A stretch of DNA of 64,000 nucleotides, taken from Takakia lepidozioides (Eukaryota > Plantae > Bryophyta). The translations under genes were made by a program, and so were the position numbers. The stretch covers positions 15,190,001 to 15,254,000 of the forward strand of contig CM060733.1 of the NCBI GenBank assembly GCA_030704615.1, written 5' to 3'. Positions 1 through 12,948 of this stretch are shown here, piece by piece (position 1 is the first letter of the stretch; every line of letters starts with the position of its first letter). Below the pieces are notes generated by a model that had not been told where the DNA came from, did not search any database, and was given only the letters and a program-made list of their open reading frames with translations.

Positions 1-112
1 GGGATACGGAATATTGGATTCTCTGTCACACATTTGGTCTTTTCCATTGAGGTCGATTCCTCATTCCACAGGCTACATAATTGTCAGTTACACACTTGGT
101 TGAGTGGAACAG

Positions 113-3100
113 GTGGTGCCCTTGAATCAAGCGAGGGAGTTTCCCAACAACAGAAAGGCCATCTATGTCTTCAAGGTATGGTCTTGTATCTCACTGAGAG
201 GAGGGTCATCTATGTCCTTAAGGTTCACTTACTGCACGTTTCTGGTCTCATTCCAAGTATTCCTTCCTAGCTCACTTTACCTATGAAAATTGGGTCAGAA
301 GCCCTGTAGGGATAAATTCTTGACGGTGGCTGCTCTACTCTTGGAGTTTACGCAATTATCGGAGACTCATGTTTATGGCCATAGTGTTGCAAGGTTCATC
401 CAGTGGAGTCGTGGTGGGGCATGACTGCTTTAGGATCCTAGTTTCTAACCCCCAAAGCATTGTGGTACATGGTCGTCATGGATGCAGAAACTGGAATGGG
501 AGTCGCTTTCTGTTGACCTGCTTCCACACCCCAACATGTTCACTGACGATAGACTTAGCAGCCCTAGCATGGGGGACTCAGAGAGAGATAATGATGGTGC
601 CAAGCGGTTATTCTTTGGTGGGGAACGCTTTCTGGACAACATTGCGGGGGCTGCCTATGTAATATTAATCCTCTTGCTCACATTTGAACGTGATTGTGGC
701 TGAGTCTTTGAACCCTAGTGGTTGACACATGCATCTTTACAATACAATGCTGCGTTTGTATGAGCTGATCTCGACGTTTGCAGCAAACAATAAACGTACT
801 TGTCTTGATGGACATGCCCTTTAAAATTTGTGTTTATGGGTGGTATGTGAGACTTTGCAGATAACAATAAAGAGAACGGAGCAGAACAAACCTCTTGGTC
901 TTGAGGTCCAGCTACATGTGCCAGAGATTCTTTGTCCTTCATTAAGCGAACCTGGTAAAATACCTCTTCTTGTACCATTGTGTAGGATTCGAGGTTGCTC
1001 TAAGATGTTTTTGTTGCAAACTGGAGGCAGTAATTGGATGCATCCTAGCAGTTGGAAGCATAGTAGAGATTGATTCATTCTTTGCACATGTATGTATAGT
1101 TTTACAAATCTGATTCTTTCGTTGTCAGTTAGTGGTGTGAAAATGGTAGCTGGGGTTTCCCTGCATTCTGCAAAGGTCTCCTGTTTTCGGTGATGATGTT
1201 AGTTCTGGCAAGAGTGGTGACAACCTACGCAGACAAAGTTGCCTTGTTGGAGGCTGCATCTGTGTTCATCAGAGCGTGATTATGCTACGCAGGGTTGCGG
1301 GCTCTGCTACGATTTATGACAGGAATCTACGTCTGTATGAATCGAGGAGATGTTGATGTGAGAAGTACACAGGTATAGTACCTCCAATGATACGACGAAG
1401 TGGTAAAAGGAGTGGGACCTTTCTTGGTTTCAAGCCTTGTCTTTGAGACACTTGGGAGTAATTCCCAGGAGAGTCGCATCCATCTCAATGTTTACTGGAC
1501 TGATGAGCTATCTCGGCCTCATTGCCTTTTCAAAGCACATCTCTGACAAATTGGCAGATCCCTTTAGAAACGTTGTCTCTCTTAACAGCTTTGGCTGTTC
1601 ATTGCCAAAGATGGCAAGACAGTGCAATACATGGTGGTGGACCTGGCAACAACCTTGCAGTGCCTTGAAGTAGTGCCACAGATCATGATGGCAATTGCCA
1701 TGAAATGTCACTGATCAATTTCGTGTGAAATCTCCCAACCTAGAAGCTGGGTTGGATGTCAGTCCATGAGAAGTGTTTTAATTTTTTAACTTGTTTAATT
1801 GTCCTGCAGTCTGATGACGCTGCTGGAAGGACACTGGTGGGAGTGAGGGTTGATCACATATTCCTCTGTATCAAGGACACTGGTGGGTTTGGACTCTATT
1901 TCTTTCTTTCTTTCTCTCTATCTAATGTGTTGTTCTACTGAGTCACATGGGCCCTTGTGGCCCTCTGTGGACGTTTGAAAGTCGACGAAATGATCTATTG
2001 GGTCGGTCCATTTGGGCCTCCTGTCATGGCAATAAATTTCTTCATCTACTCTCTCACATGGCACCCCGATGCTCCATTGTCCATGCTTATTTTTAAGCAA
2101 CTGGTGCGTGATTGGCCTGACCACATTATGTCTGTATACAGTCTTTTGTAAAGCTCAAGATCATTTCTTCCATGTTGGCTCTCGTTAGGCTAGTAAAGAC
2201 TGTAAACACTTGCAGTTGGGGGATAAGATTAATTGCTGGCATGTGCAGAGTTTCAGCTGGAGCTTTTGCTGCAATCGCTACACTATGTGCGGGTATGTTT
2301 GTCCACTTTATAGGTCTTCATGGCTTCTATGAGAGGTGGAGCTAAGTTTCTCAGTTGAATTTTGATCATAACTGCTGCTGACTTGAAGGTTGTGCATTGG
2401 AGCATGCAGTCTAGTGCGAATGATGGAGATTGCAGACGGACAATGGCTCATATCGTGCTAGGCTACTTGTTTCTAAGGTGTAGCTTTCTTCCCGTCAATT
2501 TGTATGTAACGAACACCACTATCTTTTCTTCCTCCATACTGGGATTGCTTATCAAAAGATGTATTGCTCAAATAAGCAGGAGGAAGATGTTCACACCAAA
2601 AGGTAATAAAGTGGAATTGAAGTTGTAATAGGGAGATCCTAACACCAATTTTTTATCTGCAGAGACACATTTTCACATCCCTCATGCACTCTTGTTCAAC
2701 CCAGCATGCACCCTTCTAGGCCCCGCATCTCTCAACCCGTCCCCTCATTTGGTGAGTTTCTCCCTCTCTGGATGTTATAAAGTTTCTTTCTTTCTTTCTT
2801 TCTCTACCTTCCTGTATTTTCCGTGCAAAAATTGTAGTTGGATAGGCAGCTAATGCAAGCACGGTTATAATTACCAATTCTCAAGTCAACTTTTACACTT
2901 CCAGTCTGCCCTCGGTATCCAGATTCTGCAGCCCTCTACTCTGGGGTGTCAGCCTTTCTCATGCTGGGTCTAAGTTGTTGTTAGTTGGGGTTTGAAATGT
3001 AAATAACATCACAAGATTTTTAAAATAGAAGTCATTTCTCTGTGTTCTGTGATCACACTCTTAAATGCTATTCCGCTCAAATACTTGCAACTAACCTCCA

Positions 3101-6100
3101 AATAAAAGGTATGGTATCTCACAAATAAGAGGTAATGCACTTTTTGAGAGCAAGTTGTTGGTAACTGCTGAACATCATGTGTAATTTTTTGGCAGTTGTT
3201 ATAGAGCAGTGGACTTCCTTTTCACCCCAGGGGTGAGTGAGGTGAGTGTAGTGAAAGCACGCTCTTGAAGCTTGGAAAAAAGGGGGAGAGGAACACAAAT
3301 GAGGAAAGTAGAAATTGTGATGGGCATGTTGGCTGATGTGCAAAAGTAAATCCATTGGCATGGCCTGTAAGGGTTCCTTACATTCTGTTCGAGAAGGTAC
3401 ATGTCCTTTAACCTTTCTCGAAGACAATGATAAGATTGTAGTGCAAATAAGTAATCAAACAGTTGCTGAAGACCTGCCCATAACCAGGGGTTCATACGTC
3501 TGTTTTGGCAGCCAGTGAAAAGCTATGGCCAAGAATTCATCCCCTGGAGAGAGAGCTGGTGCCAAAAACTGAAGATCCACCGATGCTGTGTATGTACTCA
3601 TCTCAGACTGCACCATCACCTGCACCGCCAACTCTTTCATCACAGACGGTCATCCAATGCCAACCTTTGAAGGTATCGAGAGAAGTTATAATAGAGTGCA
3701 GGAAAAGGTAGGGGTGGAGTTGGATTGAGAGGAGGAAGCATTATAAGAACCACAATGTGAGGGGGTTGTGGTGTGTGGGTAAGGCAAATGGTATCTTCTT
3801 TTCTGATGCTAACTATCTTCGGGTTCAGAATAAGCTACATACATCCATGAACTATTGCAGAAGTGATATTCTGCTCATGTGTTTGGTTTGTATGTAATGA
3901 CAGATCAACCTCCAAGAAGAGTCCTGCCTGCGAATCGCTTCTTTCCTAGCAGATGGTGTAGTGGTGGAGCCTGGAGTGGTTGTGCCAGACACATCACTGA
4001 ATGCCATGTACTTTAGTCTCAAGGAGTTTGATCTCACTGTCCCTGTGAAGACATCGCCTTTGGATGAAGGTCAACTTGATGGAGAAGATTGTTTCACAGG
4101 AGCCAGACTTCATGTTGAGGGATTTATGATGGCCCAAAGCCCATTCCTGAATTTCAGACTATTAAATCTTGACAAGGACCCTGCATGCTTTAGTCTGTGG
4201 AAGGGCCAACCTGTTGATTCGAGCCAACAAAGGTAGCCACTGTTGCACCCTGCAGTATGATGTTTGTTGTCAACCATCGGAAATGGATCACAACGAGGTG
4301 CATCTGAATGGTTTGATCATCAAGTTCCATACAGCAGCTCTATAGATCATAGGGAATGAAAGAGAAATGAAATGAAATGAAATGGTGCTTTATAACATCT
4401 GCGGAAAGCTCATAGAGAAAAGCAGAAAGAAGCTTTAGAATATCAGTGAGAACAGAGATATGGACTAATTTCCCCAGAGCATTGGTTAGAGGTTTTGTGG
4501 ATGTGTGGGGGCGACGATAGAGGAAGAATTGAGTGTTACACAATTCTATTTCTTTTTCAGAGTTGGTGAAATGGTTTCCCTTATAATGGTTTTCTGACGT
4601 GTGTACCATCGATGATGTTCCTATCCAGATGTCGAAATTTGGTAATGTTAATTTTTTTTACTCATTTGTTGTGTGACATGAAGGTGGGTGATGCGGGCAA
4701 CACACTTGAGCATTGCTCTTGAGACTGGCAGCTGCGATGATTTGGCACAGAGCATGACTGCAGCGGATTGGGCTGCAGGTCTATGGCGTTGTGTGGAGAT
4801 GTATGAGCCATGCGTGGAAGCTGCCATGGTGACAGCCGATGGGCGTTCATTGATCACCGTCCCTCCACCAGGTGGGACTGTCCGGTTGGGGATTGCATGC
4901 AAGAAGTACATGTCCAACACGTCAAGTGAGCAGTTTTTGTTTGTGCTGAAAATGTATACATATATGGGGAAAGTGAGTGAGGCTCTTCTCCAAGTTAGCA
5001 AAGCAGTGACACAAAAAGAGAAAGGTCTGCGAGCGGGTGCCCAAAAGTTGGTCAGTTCAAAGGAGTTGACACGCACAGCATCACTGGTTGGGTTGGTAGA
5101 AATGGCCCCTGGTGACAGTGCAGTTTTCCTGAGTGTGGAAGCGCTGGAGCTGAAGCTGCTGGAATCGGTGCCTGCCCAAGCAGCTACTGAAGGCCCCCCG
5201 TTGGTGCAAATTTTGAGCTGGGGGATTAGCCTCAGTGCCACCCAGCGGACTTTGGCAGCTGCAGCGGTAATCTCATCTAGTCTACGTTGGCAGGATATAC
5301 GGGTTGATTGTGTAGAGACTGAGTTGGCTTTTGCTGCACCGACGGTTTCACACTATGGAAGTCCCTTAACGCAGATGTTTGAGAGAAGGCGGGTCTCATT
5401 TAGTGACTCTCCTTTGGGATCCCCATTCAGAACACCGCAGACGTCTTTTTCAGGTGCAAGTTCCAGCAGAGAATCAGCGAGTTCTGAGAGGCAACGATTG
5501 CCTTCAGAAGTACCCCAAACATCAGGTAGGAGACAACGGTTTGAGCAAGGTTTACCTCATATGCGTGCTGTTTTCTGGATTGGAGAGGAGAGAGGCAGCA
5601 TGGCACCAACGGGAAGAGATGTTTCCGGAAAGGAATCAAGAACTGAAAGGTTACCGTTTTTAGACATCCATGTGGAAAATGTCATTCCTTACAAAGACCA
5701 GGGTTCTGAACGCCACAGTTTGAAAGTGGTTGCGAAAGTCGGCGGGGTGAGGTTAGGAGGAGGCATGGCTTACAATGAAGCCCTGCTGCATCGTTTTGGT
5801 GTTTTTGGACCAGATGGGGGTCCAGGAGAGGAGGTCAAGAAAGTGATAAGGAGTTTGTCCAAGGGGTCCTTGGCAAATATGTTTCGACCTTCTCCTGATG
5901 TTGTGGGGAGTGCAAGGAAAGGTATGTGAGGAAGCTTGTTACTTACTACTGTGTGGGGTTAAAATTGATCTTGATTGTCATTATTTCCAGGGGCGGAAAA
6001 ATGGTTATAAAACTTCCATATAAAGTGCAGGTGTGTCAACACGTCTATGTTTGAACATGCTTACGTCCTGATGCTCTTCGGAGCACAATAGACCTTCCAA

Positions 6101-8406
6101 CTCTTGAAGATAAGTTTCCATGCCTGGTGCAGTTCAGTGCAAATAGAAAATCAATTGTAGGGTAATATAGGATACCCCAAAGAGTCCAGTTCCAAAGCAG
6201 ACATGAGTTCCAACTCAAATGGTTTGACTCACTACAAGGCTCCAAAAGTAAAGTGCAGGGTGGAGCCCCCTTGATTGGTAAATAATCGTTGTCATAAGTG
6301 GGTCAATTTGATTAGTTCTAAAGTTTCTGTTTAATTGACAGGCATGTTATGGTTCATTTCAGGAACTTATTATGTTGACTAAAGAAATTGCATGGCCTTA
6401 GCACTGAGTTTCTCATCATTGGTGCTACAATCAGAGAGCTCACTTTTATAGTTTGAAGCTAACAAACTGTTGCTGGAGCTGATGGTTTGTGCGATGTATG
6501 TTTGCCAGGTGACGTGCCAACTGATGACACGGATGACAACTCGTGGGAGGTTGGTCTGCCTGATGAAATTGACTTAGATCTTCAACTTCTGGACTGGCTC
6601 TTTGCCCTCGAAGGTACCAAGGTTGCTGAGCTATCACCATCCAAGAGAGAGAGTCCTCCCTCCCGGGAGGACAGGTGTTGGCATTCCACATTCCGATGCC
6701 TGCGGATTATAGCCCGGGGAACGAGGCAGTCGAGTGATTCGACAATCAAGGATCAACGAACTAGTTCAGGCCCTGTGCAACGTGTGATCGTGAGTACATA
6801 ATTATTGCTGTTGGGAAATACGAAGCATGTGAGATTTTGGTTTAGTTTGATTGTCAATCCTCATTGATGAATATTTTTCCTTGTGTTCTTGACAGCTCTT
6901 TTCATCCGCCGATTTAAGTATGCTTCTATCTGATGAGAGTCTCACCTTGTGTAGTTCCCTTGTGCTGCCACGCACTAGATTCTGATCATGACCCATGGCT
7001 TTCTTATGGTCAGATGAAAATTGAGGGGCTTCAGGCCTTGAAGCCAAGGTCGTCGTTTGACCCTGCTATTCAGGATCCAGTGGTTGTAGACAATGGGGAT
7101 GGATCAAAGATACCTCTGGTTGCTGAGTGGGATGAAAATGGAGACACAGTTTTGGAAAATGGTGATATGGGGGATGCTACTGGCTCAGAGCGTGTGGACA
7201 ATACTGGAGCCTCAGAGAACCATGATACTGGTTTGGGGAATGAGCCACTGGATGGAAGGGAGAGATTAACTCCAGAAAATCCAACTGTGACAAGCCATAG
7301 TGGCTTTGATGTTGAGGTCCGCTTGGTGGAGAGGGAAGATGAGATCGACACAGATATAGGTATGGGCGAATGGGTGGTTGAGAGCTTTCGGGCTGCTGTT
7401 AGAGAACCGGTAAGCTGCCAGCACCCTTTTCTTTTTTGGATATGGAATCTCATGTGTTATGCTGTACAGAACTCGCTTCCATAATCAGTGAAATTTTACC
7501 TGCGGACTGTGATTGGCTGGGGCATACAGGTAGAGGTTGAGGCAACGAAGCGGGAGCTGGAGTACATGGTGGAGCTCTGTAAATTGGAAATTGAGTCAGC
7601 AAGCCGAATCGCTGCAGGAGGGCTGAAGCTGCTCCAGCTGCATGGTCCCATTGGCCAGTCTGCCATTGACCAACTCAGTATCATTGGTGAGCAGATGTTG
7701 ACAGAACTCTATCATTTGTAACAAACAATGAATTGTACTTATGGCTGCTACAGGATCTGTAATTTGATGGAATGATGGCTTTTTCCAGCTTACAACATTG
7801 TAGGAGTAGATTGACATTTCATGTTCTGTGTTGGGGTGGCCTTCGAGTCTGTCTCTGGCGACTACTTCCACCAGCAATGGTTTGTCGTACTCCAAGGTCA
7901 CCATCTCAGCTTCCCAGAAGGGAACTCTCATTTTATGGACAAATTATGGCTGACAGTTGCTCCTTGTAGAGCAGTCTCAGTTCCATGTGCCCTTAATTTT
8001 ATGAGACCTTTGCATGTTCTGGTGATCTCATCAGCTTACAGCGAGTATTGTTGCTAAATCCTTGCTTTGGGATGCAGGTAGTGGCAGCTTGGATAGAGTA
8101 CTCACACCAGACAGAGATAAGCATAGCCGGCGGTTTAGCGAAGGGAGTGTGCAATCTACACCCATGCGGCGGTCAACTAAGGAGACCACCATAGCTGCAC
8201 TTGAGGCAGCAATTGTTGCGTCCCAGGCCTTGTGTTTAAGGATAAGTCAGAATTTGATATGGGTTCAGGAAGAGAGATGTGGTTCGGCTATGCTTTGTTG
8301 TGATTCTACTCTTGTCGACGAAGCTCCTACAACGGAATTGAATGCACTAACAGAACAGCTGCAGAGTATGCAGGCCTTGTTAGGGATCCTTAAGAATGAC
8401 ATTTAA
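113..8406 (+). CDS. 3' part of a multi-exon BLTP3/UHRF1BP1-like (chorein-N family, At3g20720-like) lipid-transfer protein gene; 5' exons lie upstream of the window
   Basis: GT-AG exons read by eye at approx. 113-175, 488-658, 861-954, 1293-1372, 1810-1882, 2249-2292, 2410-2477, 2663-2751, 3512-3672, 3904-4232, 4684-5921, 6509-6789, 7014-7409, 7530-7686 and 8078-8406. Peptides KLEWESLSVDLLPHP, DGAKRLFFGGERFL, PLGLEVQLH, LDKDPACFSLWKGQPVDSSQ and GGVRLGGGMAYNEALLHRFG match the plant family as recalled. Confidence 0.8.
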
Positions 8407-9394
8407 CGCTCGTGCCCTCCTCACAACTAGTGAGATGAGGTGTTGAGGAAGGGCTCAGTACTGAGATGATGGGCTGATGAGTCTGTGAAGTATATAGCTC
8501 TACCGAAGGTCATTCGTGGGGCTTATGTAGACCCTCCAGGGATGTAGGCCATGTGTAACAAACCAATTTCAGCTTCAATATGTCAAATTTGTGGAGAGAA
8601 TCTGACAGTTTTCCAGCCGGATTTAGTCTGAACTGGATCATATGCTTTGTATGGTGAATGAAGCAGATAAATCGAAGGCTGGGAGTTACCACCTATGAAT
8701 CGTAAAGGAGACCCTTGACGGGTTGCCTGCAGACTGGCCTCTTGCACAATTGGGACACAGCACAATGGTCACCATGGGAATGTAAAAAACTTCTTAACAG
8801 TTAAAACTGCAGTGAGTGGAGTGATTAACCCATGCTGCCGCAAGCGAAATGCAAAAACTCTCAAACAAGATCGTTGATCCTAGGAAGTGCCACAAACAGA
8901 AAAGAAGGACCAAGCAAGTTGCAATGTTGCAATTTTTTATGATGATTTAAATTTCATGCAAGTCAAATGTCTTGTACTAGTGGATTGTTGGAGTTCTGAA
9001 TTAGATATCCCAATGAGCAAATTGTCACAATAGGATGTTCATCCCAAATCTTGAAGCTGAACCCAGTAGAAATGCCGTAAACCACTGTGTATACAGAATC
9101 ATCTATTTTTATATAATCTTTGACAATTGGGTCATCCAAACCAAACATTGCCTCCCTCATTTCCCAATTACTTGAAAGACGGCTTTTCCTTCTAAGGGTA
9201 GCCCTTTTTCTCTCCAGTTCTGGAGTTCTTCGTAGATGTCCGTCAAAAGCATATGTACAGACTCACTGTAGCACCACAGGAGCTCTACTTCCATCTCTGA
9301 AGAACCCGAACGCTTGCTAACAGTCATGCTGAATTTTGGGCAACTATTCTAGGCGTCAGTCTGCCTGCAGGCACAAGTAGGGTTGACAATAAGT

Positions 9395-11439
9395 TCACCC
9401 CTCACTGGCAGCCAAACACTTGTCCACCATGTCCACCAGATGCGGATTCTCTAAGGCCGCTGCCACCCTTTCCTTGTCATTCAGCTGCTTGTTCACTGCA
9501 ACCCACTCCACATGTCATCTATGTTCTTTCTTCCCCTCTTTCTCTGGCCAAGCTGCAGTGAGAGCATGTGAAGTTTTCAGGTCCTTGAATATCTCAAGGA
9601 CAAACAGTTTTGGAAGGCAACAGCAGAAATATCACTCAGTCAATGAGCTAAACCCAGCATACTTTAACCACTATAATCCCTTCACTGAAAGACAGGGACT
9701 CAAAAACTAAGAAAAAGACATCCACATGGTCCAGTATGCTAAATTCCAAATTAAGAATAGGCTTGGACATTCAGGTAACCTGTCTGGACAAGATGGAATG
9801 CACAAAGCCGATGTTGGGCATGTTGTGAGGACTGAAAGTTTTCTGATGCATTACAGTGTGCAAGTCTTGTGACGGACCTCATTGAAATCAGCTGCACTTC
9901 TTTCACCTGGGTTCAAGAAGCTTAAGACAATACTGAAGTTGTGATCCTCACTGGTTCAAATTCTGAAATGAATACTCACATAAAGTTGATGGCAGGGTTA
10001 AGAGCTTCCCAAAGAAGTCTGTAAAGGTCACTCTTTGCTCCTGAAGTGACATTTTATTCTTCTCTGTCTCACCTCTAATTGGAGCAGGTCCACAGCCACA
10101 AAGCTACAGCAAACAAAGTCTAAAAACTATAGCATATATCATCTCTTTCAAAGCTGCCACACAAGGTGGGGTGACAGCTTTACTTCACAAAAATAAGGGC
10201 AAAACAATGACAAGGAACACACCTGCAGCTTCAGATGCATGGGAGCCTGGTGCTACTTGGATATCCACCTGAGCATCCTCACCCCACCATCCCCTTCAGA
10301 TAGTACTTACAGCCAGAACACCGATGGAGATACACATCAAAATATCACAACACTCCTTGTAACCATACAGGACTGCCTTTCCTCTCTAACTTGTTTTTTG
10401 CTAGCATCCCAAGATTATTGCTAACCCATGTAAACTTGCTCCTATACAAAATACACAACAGCTGCCGCCGACAGTACCTAGAATACAACACGTGCTCGTC
10501 ACAGAGAACTATGTGTCTGCAGCTTGAAAGAGCACGAACCCACCCTTTTAAGCACAAAGAGTCCGTGAACTACAGAAGTCCTGCCAAGACAGGGAGTGCC
10601 CATCAAGCCTTCCAATTGCTTCACGCAAACACAGGACGCCTCCTTAGCCAGGGCGAGGTTCTATAGCCACAAATTCATGTTTCAAAAGCAGTTATTATCA
10701 AACATTGTGAGCAAAGTGAAGTGTGTGAGCAAAAGATGAAAACCTTAAAGCGCGGGGGCAGAGCACGCAAGAGCTTCACACGCAAGCACAGTCCAATCAC
10801 AGTAGCCATGCTGCAGTGCTGCACAGTTGGTGTGAACGTAATCCTGTCCATCGAACCAGACCCCTCATTTGGATAATCTTCTTATGTGGGACCTAAACAA
10901 CCCCCTAAAAATCAAGGGTATGAATTTACATCTCTTGCCCAAACTGGTTGATAACATATTCACAAAATCAGGACATGGAAAAAGGAGAATTTTGCAGTGC
11001 TCGTTATCTTCCCCCTTCGGCCCTCCTCTGTCTTCCTCTCTCTCTCTGCATACAAGGAGCACCATGCTAAGAAAGAACCAAGGAGCACTTACGTGACATG
11101 GCTGTTCTTATCGTCCACAGATATGGAGTCCTCTGAAACTACGTTGAGCTGCTCCAGTGAGTATGGATGCTCTGGATCTGTTATGTCCCTCACATGGTGT
11201 GAGACTTCAAAGTCAAGGACAACAAGTCTCCCCAATTCTATCTTCTCTCACACACACTTACAATTCTACAACACAGAAACGCATTCTCCAAATTGGGTGC
11301 CGTGAAAAAAAAGGATATCATAGATTTCCAGGGCATCGAAGGGATCGACTGTGGATTCTTGGTCGCTAATTTCCGGTCGAGAGGAACGCTCCTTGCGCTG
11401 GTGCACCACCGGGTTGGCGTTGATCAAGCCTGGTGTCAT
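9395..11439 (-). CDS. AE7: AE7/CIA2 (MIP18/FAM96B family) cytosolic Fe-S assembly protein, 5 exons
   Basis: Exons 11439-11319, 11198-11092, ~10843-10744, ~10268-10223 and ~9495-9395 give [18 protein letters not shown]...[18 protein letters not shown]...[68 protein letters not shown]. Not visible in the ORF track because the exons are short. Confidence 0.93.
11199..11318 (-). other. U12-type (minor spliceosome) AT-AC intron 1 of AE7
   Basis: 5' site ATATCCTT (11318-11311), branch site TCCTTGAC (11219-11212) and terminal AC (11200-11199). Splicing restores the conserved E-I-Y-D-H-V-R-D frame. Confidence 0.92.
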
Positions 11440-11986
11440 CTTCTCTCACTGTATGTCTTGATTGCAGTCTTGTGCTCACAGGAACCTTCAAATTTCAGCA
11501 GCCTTCACAAGCCCAAGTCGCCGCCCTCTCTCTTCACACTTACTCTTGTTTAGCAAAGTTGCTTTCTTTCTCTCTCTCTCTCTCTCTGTTACCAGTGCCC
11601 ATCAAAATCTAAACACGCTGGCTGCCTACCATTCCTGTGGGGCCTCCTGTCCAGTGTTGGACTGGTATATAGGGTCTGGCCTGTTATTAACCCCAGTACC
11701 AAGTATCAACCAGGGGATTAAAAACCGGACCGGGCTGGTAATTATTTTTGTAATAGTGTCAAGAACCAGGTCAATACTCTACCTAGGGAGGAATGGCAGC
11801 ACTACCCATATTAGGGCGCAGAAAAAAAGACCATGCACAAGGTATCATTCAATCCTTTGCATATACATATATATATATATGACGCCAACCGAAGCTAGCG
11901 TAAATAAGAGCCTCTTCCCCTTGCGGGCACCGTAACGTGTCACACAGTGGCTAGCTGGTCACTTTCAATCTTACGTTTATTGAGGA

Positions 11987-12800
11987 TTAGGGATGTGAGT
12001 GATGAAATAGCCGTGAAATGCAATGCAACGCTCGTAGTAGAGGTGTTAGGTTAAGATTATCTTTCAAACCTTGGATATTATGGGTATGAGCACCGCCCCT
12101 GACACCCGCAGTGATGACCGTCAGAGGTGCCGCCTTCCAGCCTCCGTCGTGATGGAGGGCATGTACGATTGGGTCATATTTTTCATGTTTGTACATAAAT
12201 CCCTTGCATATTTTCTTTGGCCTCTTGAGAGTTGAGGCTTCCTCTGGCCACATAGAAGATATGGATTGTTTGATGCGTAGTGGTAAGAAGAGTAAAAAAT
12301 ATTTCAACATCAAGACCCAGCTTGTATTACCCACCCAACCATGGAGGTGAGTACATAGCTGCCGCAATCAAGCTAGAACCAAACACGGGGAGCACTGGTA
12401 GATCCTTGGCTTCTGGGTGTATGAACATGGCGCATCTTCAAGTCACCATCATCAAAATCATTTCTACTGGATATCTTGAATTGGTATCAGGGCAAGGTGG
12501 CTGCTGTCCTGTGTTGATTTCATGAGTAGGGGGGATGCTTCCGCCATGAATTCAAGTAGACACCACCCTCTCAGAGTACCTGTTCCGGAGCGAGGAAGCC
12601 AAGTCTTCCTTCGATATGCCTGTGACGGCATAGTAGTAATACATGCAATATCTCCATAGTACATGCCACCACCAGACTATCAATGTTATTTGCCAGGCTA
12701 CTCCTGTGACCAACATTGTGCACCTCCCCATAAAGGGATGGATGAGGGGGATGGCTGACGTAGATGGCATCAATTTCAATTTACTTAAAGAGTATCCTTT
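11987..12800 (-). mobile_element. Possible degraded non-LTR retrotransposon C-terminal (restriction-like endonuclease-type) remnant
   Basis: Peptide KHEKYDPIVHALHHDGGWKAAPLTVITAGVRGG resembles the K..KY...GW...GxRG pattern; otherwise degenerate. Confidence 0.3.
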
Positions 12801-12948
12801 ACTTTTTGCCTTGGGAGTGCAGAAATAGGCTCAGATCACTGGCAGGAAATTGAGTTTAATAAAATCCTTCTAACCCAAAGGCTACATTCAAATCACTTGG
12901 AGCGCCTCTGCTAATCCAACCAGCACTGATCTGTGGCACATGTTTCAC

